Source: Tubulanus polymorphus
Lineage: Eukaryota > Animalia > Nemertea
Direction of reading: 5' to 3'
Assembly: GCF_964204645.1 (NCBI RefSeq)
Contig: NC_134033.1
Span: 15,632,655 to 15,696,654, forward strand
DNA: 64,000 nt
Shown here: piece after piece, positions 51,402 through 64,000 of the stretch
How the letters are laid out: each line of letters begins with the position of its first letter
Position numbering within the stretch: position 1 is the first letter of the stretch
Notes under the pieces: generated by a model
Database searches by the model: none
What the model was told of the DNA's origin: nothing
Seen by the model: the letters and a program-made list of their open reading frames with translations, nothing else
Position numbers and translations under genes: made by a program

Positions 51402-54400
51402 ATGGCGACTGACGGGTCCTCGGTTGGTGAAGGTACCGTAATTTATATCTCCGAAGTGGACAACGTTTTGAAAGCCGTATCGATTTACGGGAAACGATGG
51501 TTGTACACGACTTACGCGATGTTGTCGGTTTCGACTTGCTCACTGACTGCTTTCCACATGTTCGCAATCGCTTTTATAGGTAAATTTATCCACTAAGGCC
51601 GCGCTATATATAAAAATTAGATTGAGGATAATAATAAAGTTGAATGTATCATCTAGATCGGATAGATTTTATTTGCGAATATTTCTTCCTCGAATTTTGT
51701 AATTCGCAAATGAATTTCAACGTATCGTCGCAACAGGTGGACTTCCCGATGACTATCACTGTCGAGTGGGCGCCAATCAATCGATACCTCAGATTTATAA
51801 AGATGGTAAATGGACGAATGATAAATGTCGTATGTACAAGAATGAATCTAGTGGTGATAATCAGACGATACCGTGTAATAATGGATGGGTTTATTATACC
51901 GATTATGAAAGCACCATCGTTACCGAGGTAGGGACATTATCAGTGATCAGTCTATTGCGTTTGAAATAAACAAATGTACACTTTTCTGCTTCGGCGGGTG
52001 TGATCACTATACGGTCATCCTCGCTTGCCAGTGTTTGATTGCCTCCAAAACCTGGCAAGCGAGGATGCTATAGTTCAACTCCAACAAACTTAGCTGCAAA
52101 ACTTAATTAATTCAAAATCCGAAGAAACGATGAAATTATAGCTCCATTTTTTCAGAAGTTTCTTACTTTCTGCTTGCAGTGGGATCTGGTGTGTGACAGG
52201 GACTATTTACCTCAAATGGCGCAGACTATTTTTTTCGTCGGTACTTTGGTCGGAGCCGGAAGTCTGTCGCCGTTAGCTGATTGGTTGGGACGTAAAACGG
52301 TCCACATCGGCTCACTGATTGGAATCGCAGTTTTTGGAATTGTAGTGATATTTTCACCCAATTATACAATGTTTGCCGTGATGAGATTTCTATCCGGAAT
52401 TTGTCAACAGGTTTGAATTTCATAAATTTCACGATCCAGTTAAACCCAGTTATAGGTTAAGATTTCACCCGACTAGAGCCAAATTGTGGAGCTGGTATCA
52501 TTTCTCCGTGTTTAACTATGGGTCATCTAAGTTCCTTCTGATAAATGATTCCGTTTTCAATTTGATTATGATTATATCTATTCTAGGGTATCGCACTGTC
52601 TGGGAATGTTATGGTTTTTGAAATGTTCCATAAAAAGAATAGATACCTATTCACTCTCGCGTTAACAATCGGCTGGTCATTAATGGTCGTGTTGCTTGCA
52701 GTGTTCGCCTTCTTAGTTCGAGATTGGAAGCATTTACAACTGCTGATCTCGATTCCGGGTTTATTAGCAATTTTCGGTATTTGTTGTCTTACCGAATCGA
52801 TACCGTGGCTGATCGGCCGAGGTCGAATCGTCGAGGCCGAACAGATTTTAAGGAAAGTAACGAAAGGTCCCGAGATCAAACTGTCGGTTCCGGGTGACGG
52901 ATTTCCAGAAGAAGTGACATCGAATATAAGAAGAAAAAAGAGTTTGAAAACTGAAATAACGAAACGGATGAAAACTTTGAGACGAAAATGTTGCGAATCA
53001 AAACGGAATTCTCACTCTGTACGTAATTTTGTCTATCCAAATTCACACTTACGTGTCCCGTGTTGGTCACAAATTAAAGAAGTCTCAGAACTAAAATTTT
53101 GAACATTTCATCGAATCCCAAGCATGCTATGCAACAAGCTAGCACCATTCCCGTTGATATAAAATATTTCAAATAGATTTAATTGTTCGAAGTCTATTCG
53201 TATACGCAGATTACTGTTGTCAACATACGTAGGTTTTAAATTAAGTACGTTGGATGATATCTATTTGCAGCGTGCGCCCCCTGCTGGCAGTGTGGATGAA
53301 AAGCGCGAAACTTTGTGGGACGTAATGAAACATCCTCGTTTACGTTGGTATTCAATAATCATGTGTCTAATGTGGTAAGCAACTAGAAATCTAACCGCTG
53401 TTCAGTTCGGCTGTCATTAAAGGAATGGCCTTTAGTAGCTCGATGGGATAAGGCACGATGTTGTTGCATCGTGCCGAATGACAATTGGGTTCGAGTCCTG
53501 ATGGCTGCTTACAGTTCGCGGACTGCAACGTCTGAAGAAGAAGGCGGTCCCGTCGTTAATCTAAATGAGCAATCCAATAGGAGGGATCGTAACATAAATT
53601 GTTACCTACATTTTGGGAGTCTATCTTCAACAGGTTGAATTCATCGATTGGTTATTACGGAATTACTTTGAGCGCCACGTCTCTAGTCGGAAACAGATAT
53701 CTGAATTTCAGTTTGGTCGTACTCGCCGAAGCTCCGAATTTCATCTATACAAGTACCATGTCGACAAAGTAGGCAGTGATGATTCTGTAAAAAGTAGAAT
53801 TCATTCCGAATCAAAATACAAACTAGTCATAGATTTGTTGATCGCCATTATTTATAGGGCTGGTCGTCGTATTGCTTCGTCTATTGCCCAGGTTGCTGGA
53901 GGAGTTGCGCTCATCATTGTGGCTTTCATACCAAAAACACTTAGTAAGTTTATATTCAACTCGTAAAGTTAATCTGAATGTGAGATGTAGAATAGCCGCG
54001 TTAACCATGCTGTTGGTACGGGTATTGCCTTATAAGTTAAATAGGGTTTTCTGTTGTCTGAAAGTTTAGCCAGGATAATTTTATCTTTGACGGTAGATTA
54101 TGTTTTGATATTTCAAATCGTAATTGATATTTATTTGCCAGGTCATTTTTAGCTAAGAACACATATATCTGTATATGTTTTATTTCAAACGAAATCAAGC
54201 GAACCTGTAGCCTGTCTCCACGTAAACTGCTCTGAAAGTGTTGGATCCTTATCAATCCCTGATTGATCAATCATTAATCTTGTATTTATTCACAAAAAAG
54301 TTAAACTCAAATTTTTGGTGTAATTGCCAATGGTTACTTCATGTTTTCAATGAGGACAACAATTCAAACTTAACCGTTTTAGGCTTAAACTTTTTCGTGA

Positions 54401-55132
54401 AACTGGGCCCTGATGATTATTTTGTGTGAAATTTTTGAGACGTATGTTCTATACAATTTATCGAATATTTATTTATATAAACAACGCGCCAAGTAATTTA
54501 GTTTCTTTTTTATTAAAGCGAATGGAACGAGTTTAGCACCGTTAATCCTCACTTTTACAATGATCGGGGTGTATTTCATAACGTGTTCGTTTTCATTGGG
54601 ACATCTGTACAGCACAGAAATCTATCCGACCAGTACCAGGTAAAACAATGCAAACTTCAAACAAAAATCAACCGTTCATGAAAACCGTTCGGAAAGGTTT
54701 CTTGTTTGGTGATTCGTCTTAAGTTCCTTCTTTCAGAAATAGTGGTTTAGGTTTGTCTTCCGTTTGTGCTAGAGTTGGAGGAATGTTGGCGCCGTTTGCG
54801 GGATATATGGTCTGTAATATTGAAGAACAAGCCTTTGTCACTGATGAATTGAGTTCAATTCGTTTATTAGGCTTTTATTGCTGTTGTAGATGACGAAGAT
54901 CTACTGGTTTCCGGGAGTATTTCTAGGCTCTGTATCTATAATCGTCGGTCTACTGGTATTATACCTTCCTGAACCGCTTGGACGTCCAATACCGCAGAAA
55001 ATCGCCGACATGGATTCCTGGACGCGTCAACGATATCGACCGCCAACAGACAACATGGCCGACGAGCAACTTCCGGCGTTATTGAAAGTACATGAACAAG
55101 AGGATGATGGTCGAAATAACTTCGTTGTTTAG
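51402..55132 (+). CDS. SLC22-family transporter, copy 3, 597 aa
   Basis: Exons 51402..51579, 51737..51927, 52180..52410, 52587..53018, 53271..53374, 53634..53768, 53858..53943, 54519..54639, 54737..54809 and 54890..55132. Confidence 0.94.
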
Positions 55133-58100
55133 TCTTGGGTTTTATTCTTTACTCTCAAACCGATTTTTCAATTCACAACTATTAATTCAATTTAATATCT
55201 TATTTGAAATTTATGACTCAGATATACGTATACCGAAAGAATATCTTGTTGTTACGTTTATTTCTTTCGTTGATTGACGTTGAATATCCGCACTTGAAGA
55301 ACATAACCAACTTATCAGTTGAAACATCGGGCGTTGCGAACGTGTTTGATAATCAGTTCGTTCTCGTTATTTTATTATCATATCAATCGTTGTCCTCGTA
55401 TATCAGGCGTCTGCGACATTTGTAAACGCTCCGGAGAGATGTCTTACTATACGGTAAGATATATCGATCTGGAGTTTCTCAATCATTGGTTAGTAGTAAC
55501 GCAGTCTATATCACTGAAGTAGACAATTTTGAGAGACTACGGAGCCCCGTTGGTGACATGGTGAAAAAAAAAATTTCTGCGGGAATGAAATAATCTTTCC
55601 GTTCGAACGAAAAGTTCTTCGTGGGAACGAAAAGTTTTTCGTGGGAACGAAATCTTTTTTTATGGTTGATAATTTCCCCTGGCCTACTGTTCCCATGGAG
55701 TTAGTAACACAGATTATAAAAGAGATCCGAACCATTCGGCAGTCATCGACTGATTCCATGACTACTTAATATCAATTAATCCGTCATCTACGTTACTAAC
55801 CGTCATTGTTGATTATAACAGAATGTTTTCTGGATCCAACATTACGTATCTACTTGTGGATCTATCACGGATTTGGAATTATAGAACTGAGTCTTACATC
55901 TCAATAAAGTATTACCTCACGTGACCATAGCCCTTGACGTTCATGCATTCTGGTCGAAAACTGTAGCATTCCTCCTTGTGAGAATATCGCTCCCCCCAAA
56001 GGGGTATATTTCTGGGCTGGGTTGCAGTCTCAATGAGTCTAGGGGTTGTTATTCTGGGTCAATTTGTAGGGGGTTTATATTGTCTGAGGGGTAATTTTCC
56101 AAAAGGGGTTATTGTCTTTGGAAGGCATTTATAGGGACTATCGTCTGGAGGTAATAAGACCGAGTCGTGAGCGTTAGGTTAGGATTTGGATTAGATTCCA
56201 CAGTGTTCGAATAAAAAAACAATAATTTTCTCTTCACACGTTTTTCGTTTTCAAGGAATAGTTATTTTGTTCCGACGAGAAGATCATTTTGATGCCAACG
56301 AAAAACTGTTCGTTCCGACGAAAAGATTATTTCGTTCCCAGGAAAAATATTTCGTTCGAAAGAAAATCTATATTCATCTTTCAACCGTTCACCTCCGGGG
56401 CTCCTTAAGAGCCATATTGAATAACGGTAAACGATGCCTTCCCGGCAGGGCCACCTTCGGTTTTCGGAGTTAGTCGACTATAGTCGAACTAAATGAAACC
56501 GAATGTCCGTTAGTCGGAACTATAGTCCGGAAATGGTCGACCACGCAATTGAGCACGGTCGCTACAGTTCTGACCTAGGTTCAAGATGCCCGACACTGTG
56601 AAATACGTTACGACCGAACTATAGTGTGTTCGGCTATTAGTTCCGACCACTAGTCGACTAGCTACGAAAACCGAACTTGGCCCAGGCTGCCGTTTGATCA
56701 ACAGCTGTCCCGTTAGATGGCGAATGCGTCAGCTGGCCCAAATTTTAATTAAATTTGATCTAGATTTTTACCTTTCCATATCATTATTCACATAATTTTT
56801 TTTTTAAACTTAGATTGTGCATTATGGTTCACATATGGCACAATTTTCAATTCAGCGCTACCTGGTGGATCCTCGCTTGCCACGAGCAGAATCCCGATCC
56901 CATTACGACATCTAGAGCGGGATAGCTCGTACAGCATGGGTTCTCTAGTCTACGCTTCTATGATTGGCTATCGTTCTGTGCTCGGTTAAACGATACCAGG
57001 TCGCCAATGAATTCAAACACGAGTAATGGTTAATGTATTTATATGAAGAGTATTTGGTAATGTATACGCATTCAACATTAGCATAACAACTGCCTTTGTC
57101 AGCTTGGATTTTTTAAATTTTCATCCTATTTGAATTAGATTATATTCTAATAGGTTATATCCTGACAGTTGACGCCTTTCATCGAGTTCAGTAATGGCGA
57201 CTGACGGGTCCTCGGTTGGTGAAGGTACCGTAATTTATATCTCCGAAGTGGACAACGTTTTGAAAGCCGTATCGATTTACGGTAAACGATGGTTGTACAT
57301 GACTTACGCGATGTTGTCGGTTTCGACTTGCTCACTGACAGCTTGGCACATGTTCGCAATCGCTTTTATAGGTAAATTCATCCACCATGGCCGCGCTATA
57401 TATAAAGATTAGATTGAGGATAAAAATGAAGTTGAATGTATAATCTAGAGAAAATAGATTTTATTTGCGAATATTTCTTTCTCGAATTTTAAAATTCACA
57501 AATGAATTTCAACGTATCGTCGCAACAGGTGGACTTCCCGATGACTATCACTGTCGAGTGGGCGCCAATCAATCGATACCTCAGATTTATAAAGATGGTA
57601 AATGGACGAATGATAAATGTCGTATGTACAAGAATGAATCTAGTGGTGATAATCAGACGATACCGTGTAATAATGGATGGGTTTATTATACCGATTATCA
57701 AAGCACCATCGTTACCGAGGTAGGGACATTATCAGTGATCAATAATCTCTCTTGCGTTTGAAATAAACAAATTTACACTTTTCTGCTTCGGCGAGTGTGG
57801 TCACTATACGGTCATCCTCGCTTGCCAGTGTTTGATTGCCTCCAAAACCTGGCAAGCGAGGATGCTATAGGCCAACGCCAACAAACTTAGCTGCAAAACT
57901 TAATTAATTCAAAATCCGCAGAGAAACGATGAAATTATAGCTCCAATTTTTCAGAAGTTTCTGACTTTCTGCTTGCAGTGGGATCTGGTCTGCGACAGGG
58001 ACTATTTACCTCAAATGGCGCAGACTATTTTTTTCGTCGGTACTTTGATCGGAGCCGGAAGTCTGTCACCGTTAGCTGATTGGTTGGGGCGTAAAACGGT

Positions 58101-61100
58101 CCACATCGGTTCACTCATTGGAATCGCAGTTTTTGGAATTGTAGTGATATTTTCACCTAATTACACGATGTTTGCCGTGATGAGATTTCTATCTGGAATT
58201 TGTCAACAGGTTTGAATTTCATAAATTTCAGGATCCAGTTTAACCCAGTTTTCGGTTAAGAGTTCACTCGACTATAAATTGTGGAGCTGTGTGCTGGTAT
58301 CATTTCTCCGTGTTCAACTATAGGTCATCTAAGTTCCTTCTGATAAATGATTCTTTCCTCTATTTGATTATGATTATATCTATTCCAGATTTAATTGTTC
58401 GAAGTCTATTCGTATACGCAGATTACTGTTGTCAACATACGTAGGTTTTAAATTAAGTACGTTGGATGATATCTATTTGCAGCGTGCGCCCCCTGCTGGC
58501 AGTGTGGATGAAAAGCGCGAAACTTTGTGGGACGTAATGAAACATCCTCGTTTACGTTGGTATTCAATAATCATGTGTCTAATGTGGTAAGCAACTAGAA
58601 ATCTAACCGCTGTTCAGTTCGGCTGTCATTAAAGGAATGGCCTTTAGTAGCTCGATGGGATAAGGCACGATGTTGTTGCATCGTGCCGAATGACAATTGG
58701 GTTCGAGTCCTGATGGCTGCTTACAGTTCGCGGACTGCAACGTCTGAAGAAGAAGGCGGTCCCGTCGTTAATCTAAATGAGCAATCCAATAGGAGGGATC
58801 GTAACATAAATTGTTACCTACATTTTGGGAGTCTATCTTCAACAGGTTGAATTCATCGATTGGTTATTACGGAATTACTTTGAGCGCCACGTCTCTAGTC
58901 GGAAACAGATATCTGAATTTCAGTTTGGTCGTACTCGCCGAAGCTCCGAATTTCATCTATACAAGTACCATGTCGACAAAGTAGGCAGTGATGATTCTGT
59001 AAAAAGTAGAATTCATTCCGAATCAAAATACAAACTAGTCATAGATTTGTTGATCGCCATTATTTATAGGGCTGGTCGTCGTATTGCTTCGTCTATTGCC
59101 CAGGTTGCTGGAGGAGTTGCGCTCATCATTGTGGCTTTCATACCAAAAACACTTAGTAAGTTTATATTCAACTCGTAAAGTTAATCTGAATGTGAGATGT
59201 AGAATAGCCGCGTTAACCATGCTGTTGGTACGGGTATTGCCTTATAAGTTAAATAGGGTTTTCTGTTGTCTGAAAGTTTAGCCAGGATAATTTTATCTTT
59301 GACGGTAGATTATGTTTTGATATTTCAAATCGTAATTGATATTTATTTGCCAGGTCATTTTTAGCTAAGAACACATATATCTGTATATGTTTTATTTCAA
59401 ACGAAATCAAGCGAACCTGTAGCCTGTCTCCACGTAAACTGCTCTGAAAGTGTTGGATCCTTATCAATCCCTGATTGATCAATCATTAATCTTGTATTTA
59501 TTCACAAAAAAGTTAAACTCAAATTTTTGGTGTAATTGCCAATGGTTACTTCATGTTTTCAATGAGGACAACAATTCAAACTTAACCGTTTTAGGCTTAA
59601 ACTTTTTCGTGAAACTGGGCCCTGATGATTATTTTGTGTGAAATTTTTGAGACGTATGTTCTATACAATTTATCGAATATTTATTTATATAAACAACGCG
59701 CCAAGTAATTTAGTTTCTTTTTTATTAAAGCGAATGGAACGAGTTTAGCACCGTTAATCCTCACTTTTACAATGATCGGGGTGTATTTCATAACGTGTTC
59801 GTTTTCATTGGGACATCTGTACAGCACAGAAATCTATCCGACCAGTACCAGGTAAAACAATGCAAACTTCAAACAAAAATCAACCGTTCATGAAAACCGT
59901 TCGGAAAGGTTTCTTGTTTGGTGATTCGTCTTAAGTTCCTTCTTTCAGAAATAGTGGTTTAGGTTTGTCTTCCGTTTGTGCTAGAGTTGGAGGAATGTTG
60001 GCGCCGTTTGCGGGATATATGGTCTGTAATATTGAAGAACAAGCCTTTGTCACTGATGAATTGAGTTCAATTCGTTTATTAGGCTTTTATTGCTGTTGTA
60101 GATGACGAAGATCTACTGGTTTCCGGGAGTATTTCTAGGCTCTGTATCTATAATCGTCGGTCTACTGGTATTATACCTTCCTGAACCGCTTGGACGTCCA
60201 ATACCGCAGAAAATCGCCGACATGGATTCCTGGACGCGTCAACGATATCGACCGCCAACAGACAACATGGCCGACGAGCAACTTCCGGCGTTATTGAAAG
60301 TACATGAACAAGAGGATGATGGTCGAAATAACTTCGTTGTTTAGTCTTGGGTTTTATTCTTTACTCTCAAACCGATTTTTCAATTCACAACTATTAATTC
60401 AATTTAATATCTTATTTGAAATTTATGACTCAGATATACGTATACCGAAAGAATATCTTGTTGTTACGTTTATTTCTTTCGTTGATTGACGTTGAATATC
60501 CGCACTTGAAGAACATAACCAACTTATCAGTTGAAACATCGGGCGTTGCGAACGTGTTTGATAATCAGTTCGTTCTCGTTATTTTATTATCATATCAATC
60601 GTTGTCCTCGTATATCAGGCGTCTGCGACATTTGTAAACGCTCCGGAGAGATGTCTTACTATACGGTAAGATATATCGATCTGGAGTTTCTCAATCATTG
60701 GTTAGTAGTAACGCAGTCTATATCACTGAAGTAGACAATTTTGAGAGACTACGGAGCCCCGTTGGTGACATGGTGAAAAAAAAAATTTCTGCGGGAATGA
60801 AATAATCTTTCCGTTCGAACGAAAAGTTCTTCGTGGGAACGAAAAGTTTTTCGTGGGAACGAAATCTTTTTTTATGGTTGATAATTTCCCCTGGCCTACT
60901 GTTCCCATGGAGTTAGTAACACAGATTATAAAAGAGATCCGAACCATTCGGCAGTCATCGACTGATTCCATGACTACTTAATATCAATTAATCCGTCATC
61001 TACGTTACTAACCGTCATTGTTGATTATAACAGAATGTTTTCTGGATCCAACATTACGTATCTACTTGTGGATCTATCACGGATTTGGAATTATAGAACT

Positions 61101-63600
61101 GAGTCTTACATCTCAATAAAGTATTACCTCACGTGACCATAGCCCTTGACGTTCATGCATTCTGGTCGAAAACTGTAGCATTCCTCCTTGTGAGAATATC
61201 GCTCCCCCCAAAGGGGTATATTTCTGGGCTGGGTTGCAGTCTCAATGAGTCTAGGGGTTGTTATTCTGGGTCAATTTGTAGGGGGTTTATATTGTCTGAG
61301 GGGTAATTTTCCAAAAGGGGTTATTGTCTTTGGAAGGCATTTATAGGGACTATCGTCTGGAGGTAACAAGACTGAGTCGTGAGCGTTAGGTTAGGATTTG
61401 GATTAGATTCCACAGTGTTCGAATAAAAAAACAATAATTTTCTCTTCACACGTTTTTCGTTTTCAAGGAATAGTTATTTTGTTCCGACGAGAAGATCATT
61501 TTGATGCCAACGAAAAACTGTTCGTTCCGACGAAAAGATTATTTCGTTCCCAGGAAAAATATTTCGTTCGAAAGAAAATCTATATTCATCTTTCAACCGT
61601 TCACCTCCGGGGCTCCTTAAGAGCCATATCGAATAACGGTAAACGATGCCTTCCCGGCAGTGCCACCTTCGGTTTTCGGAGTTAGTCGACTATAGTCGAA
61701 CTAAATGAAACCGAATGTCCGTTAGTCGGAACTATAGTCCGGAAATGGTCGACCACGCAATTGAGCACGGTCGCTACAGTTCGGACCTAGGTTCAAGATG
61801 GCCGACACTGTGAAATACGTTACGACCGAACTATAGTGTGTTCGGCTATTTGTTCCGACCACTAGTCGACTTGCTACGAAAACCGAAGTTGGCCCAGGCT
61901 GCCGTTTGATCAACAGCTGTCCCGTTAGATGGCGAGTGCGTCAGCTGGCCCAAATTCTAATTAAATTTGATCTAGATTTTTACCTTTCCATATCATTATT
62001 CACATAATTTTTTTTTTAAACTTCGATTGTGCATTATGGTTCACATATGGCACAATTTTCAATTCAGCGCTACCTGGTGGATCCTCGCTTGCCACGAGCA
62101 GAATCCCGATCCCATTACGACATCTAGAGCGGGATAGCTCGTACAGCATGGGTTCTCTAGTCTACGCTTCTATGATTGGCTATCGTTCTGTGCTCGGTTA
62201 AACGATACCAGGTCGCCAATGAATTCAAACACGAGTAATGGTTAATGTATTTATATGAAAAGTATTTGGTAATGTATACGCATTCACCATTAGTATAACA
62301 ACTGCCTTTGTCAGCTTGGATTTTTTAAATTTTCATCCTATTTGAATTAGTTTATATTCTTATAGGTTATATCCAGACAGTTGACGCCTTTCATCGAGTT
62401 CAGTAATGGCGACTGACGGGTCCTCGGTTGGTGAAGGTACTGTAATTTATATCTCCGAAGCGGACAACGTTTTGAAAGCCGTATCGATTTACGGGAAACG
62501 ATGGTTGTACACGACTTACGCGATGTTGTCGGTTTCGACTTGCTCACTGACAGCTTGGCACATGTTCGCAATCGCTTTTATAGGTAAATTCATCCACCAT
62601 GGCCGCGCTATATATAAAGATTAGATTGAGGATAAAAATGAAGTTGAATGTATAATCTAGAGAAAATAGATTTTATTTGCGAATATTTCTTTCTCGAATT
62701 TTAAAATTCACAAATGAATTTCAACGTATCGTCGCAACAGGTGGACTTCCCGATGACTATCACTGTCGAGTGGGCGCCAATCAATCGATACCTCAGATTT
62801 ATAAAGATGGTAAATGGACGAATGATAAATGTCGTATGTACAAGAATGAATCTAGTGGTGATAATCAGACGATACCGTGTAATAATGGATGGGTTTATTA
62901 TACCGATTATCAAAGCACCATCGTTACCGAGGTAGGGACATTATCAGTGATCAATAATCTCTCTTGCGTTTGAAATAAACAAATTTACACTTTTCTGCTT
63001 CGGCGAGTGTGGTCACTATACCGCCATCCTCGCTTGCCAGTGTTTGATTGCCTCCAAAACCTGGCAAGCGAGGATGCTATAGGCCAACGCCAACAAACTT
63101 AGCTGCAAAACTTAATTAATTCAAAATCCGCAGAGAAACGATGAAATTATAGCTCCAATTTTTCAGAAGTTTCTGACTTTCTGCTTGCAGTGGGATCTGG
63201 TCTGCGACAGGGACTATTTACCTCAAATGGCGCAGACTATTTTTTTCGTCGGTACTTTGATCGGAGCCGGAAGTCTGTCACCGTTAGCTGATTGGTTGGG
63301 GCGTAAAACGGTCCACATCGGTTCACTGATTGGAATCGCAGTTTTTGGAATTGTAGTGATATTTTCACCTAATTACACGATGTTTGCCGTGATGAGATTT
63401 CTATCTGGAATTTGTCAACAGGTTTGAATTTCATAAATTTCAGGATCCAGTTTAACCCAGTTTTCGGTTAAGAGTTCACTCGACTATAAATTGTGGAGCT
63501 GTGTGCTGGTATAATTTCTCCGTGTTTAACTATAGGTCATCTAAGTTCCTTCTGATAAATGATTCTTTCCTCTATTTGATTATGATTATATCTATTCCAG
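53177..63600. repeat. Near-identical 5,212-bp tandem segmental duplication (53177..58388 / 58389..63600)
   Basis: ORF pairs offset by exactly 5212 (53613/58825, 54890/60102, 57194/62406, 57973/63185); junction TATTCCAG|ATTTAATTG at 58388/58389. Confidence 0.95.
57194..60344 (+). pseudogene. SLC22 copy 4: chimera lacking exon 4 (in-frame 453 aa if exon 3 splices to exon 5)
   Basis: Exons 57194..57371, 57529..57719 and 57979..58209, then 58483..58586, 58846..58980, 59070..59155, 59731..59851, 59949..60021 and 60102..60344; the 432-nt exon 4 is absent. Confidence 0.85.
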
Positions 63601-64000
63601 GGTATCGCGCTGTCTGGAGGTGTTATGGTTTTTGAATTGTTCCATAAAACGAATAGATACCTATTCTGTCTTGCTTTAACGTTCGCCTGGTCATTTATGG
63701 TCGTGTTGCTGGCAGCGTTCGCCTTCTTAGTTCGAGATTGGAAGCATTTACAACTCCTGATCTCGATTCCGGGATTATTAGCAATTTTCGGTATTTGTTG
63801 TCTTACCGAATCGATACCCTGGCTGATCGGCCGAGGTCGAATCGCCGAGACCGAACAGATTCTACGGAAAGTAACGAACGGTGCCGAGATCAAACTGTCG
63901 GTTCCGGGTGACGGATTTCCGGAAGAAGTGACATCGAATATAAGAAGAAAAAAGAGTTTGAAAACTGACATAACGAAATGGATGAAAACTTTGGGACGAA
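62406..64000 (+). CDS. SLC22-family transporter, copy 5 (truncated by window end)
   Basis: Exons 62406..62583, 62741..62931, 63191..63421 and 63601..>64000. Confidence 0.93.

Noticed and set aside
38272-64000. Assigning the transporters to a specific toxin or the sequence to a specific species
   Set aside because: Neither taxon nor substrate can be determined from the sequence alone.

Overview
Eukaryotic genomic DNA from an invertebrate animal (lophotrochozoan-like by gene content; the taxon cannot be fixed from sequence alone), with spliceosomal GT-AG introns and dense short transposons. From left to right it holds: (1) a glycogenin gene (347..18441, +) with an apparent 18-nt microexon and a 717-nt charged cassette exon; (2) a secreted Gly/Asn/Tyr-rich structural protein gene (24526..26317, +); (3) a single-exon class A peptide-type GPCR (28373..29425, -); (4) a tandemly expanded locus (30.4-64 kb). 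In that locus three paralogues of an uncharacterised secreted two-domain protein (beta-rich domain + PAN/apple-like domain, - strand) alternate with SLC22 transporter genes (+ strand). Five SLC22 copies are present: three intact, one chimera lacking exon 4 that arose from a near-identical 5,212-bp tandem duplication, and one running off the window edge; there is also a 65-bp relic of a sixth. Highlights: a co-duplicated head-to-head 'secreted protein + transporter' cassette; SLC22 paralogues with a homogenised extracellular-loop exon but diversified pore helices; a minimal type I hammerhead ribozyme in an intron; and PIF/Harbinger-type MITEs with a demonstrable CWG target-site duplication, whose terminus appears to have seeded a minisatellite. 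Exon coordinates were read by eye from splice signals and frame continuity, with no transcript evidence.
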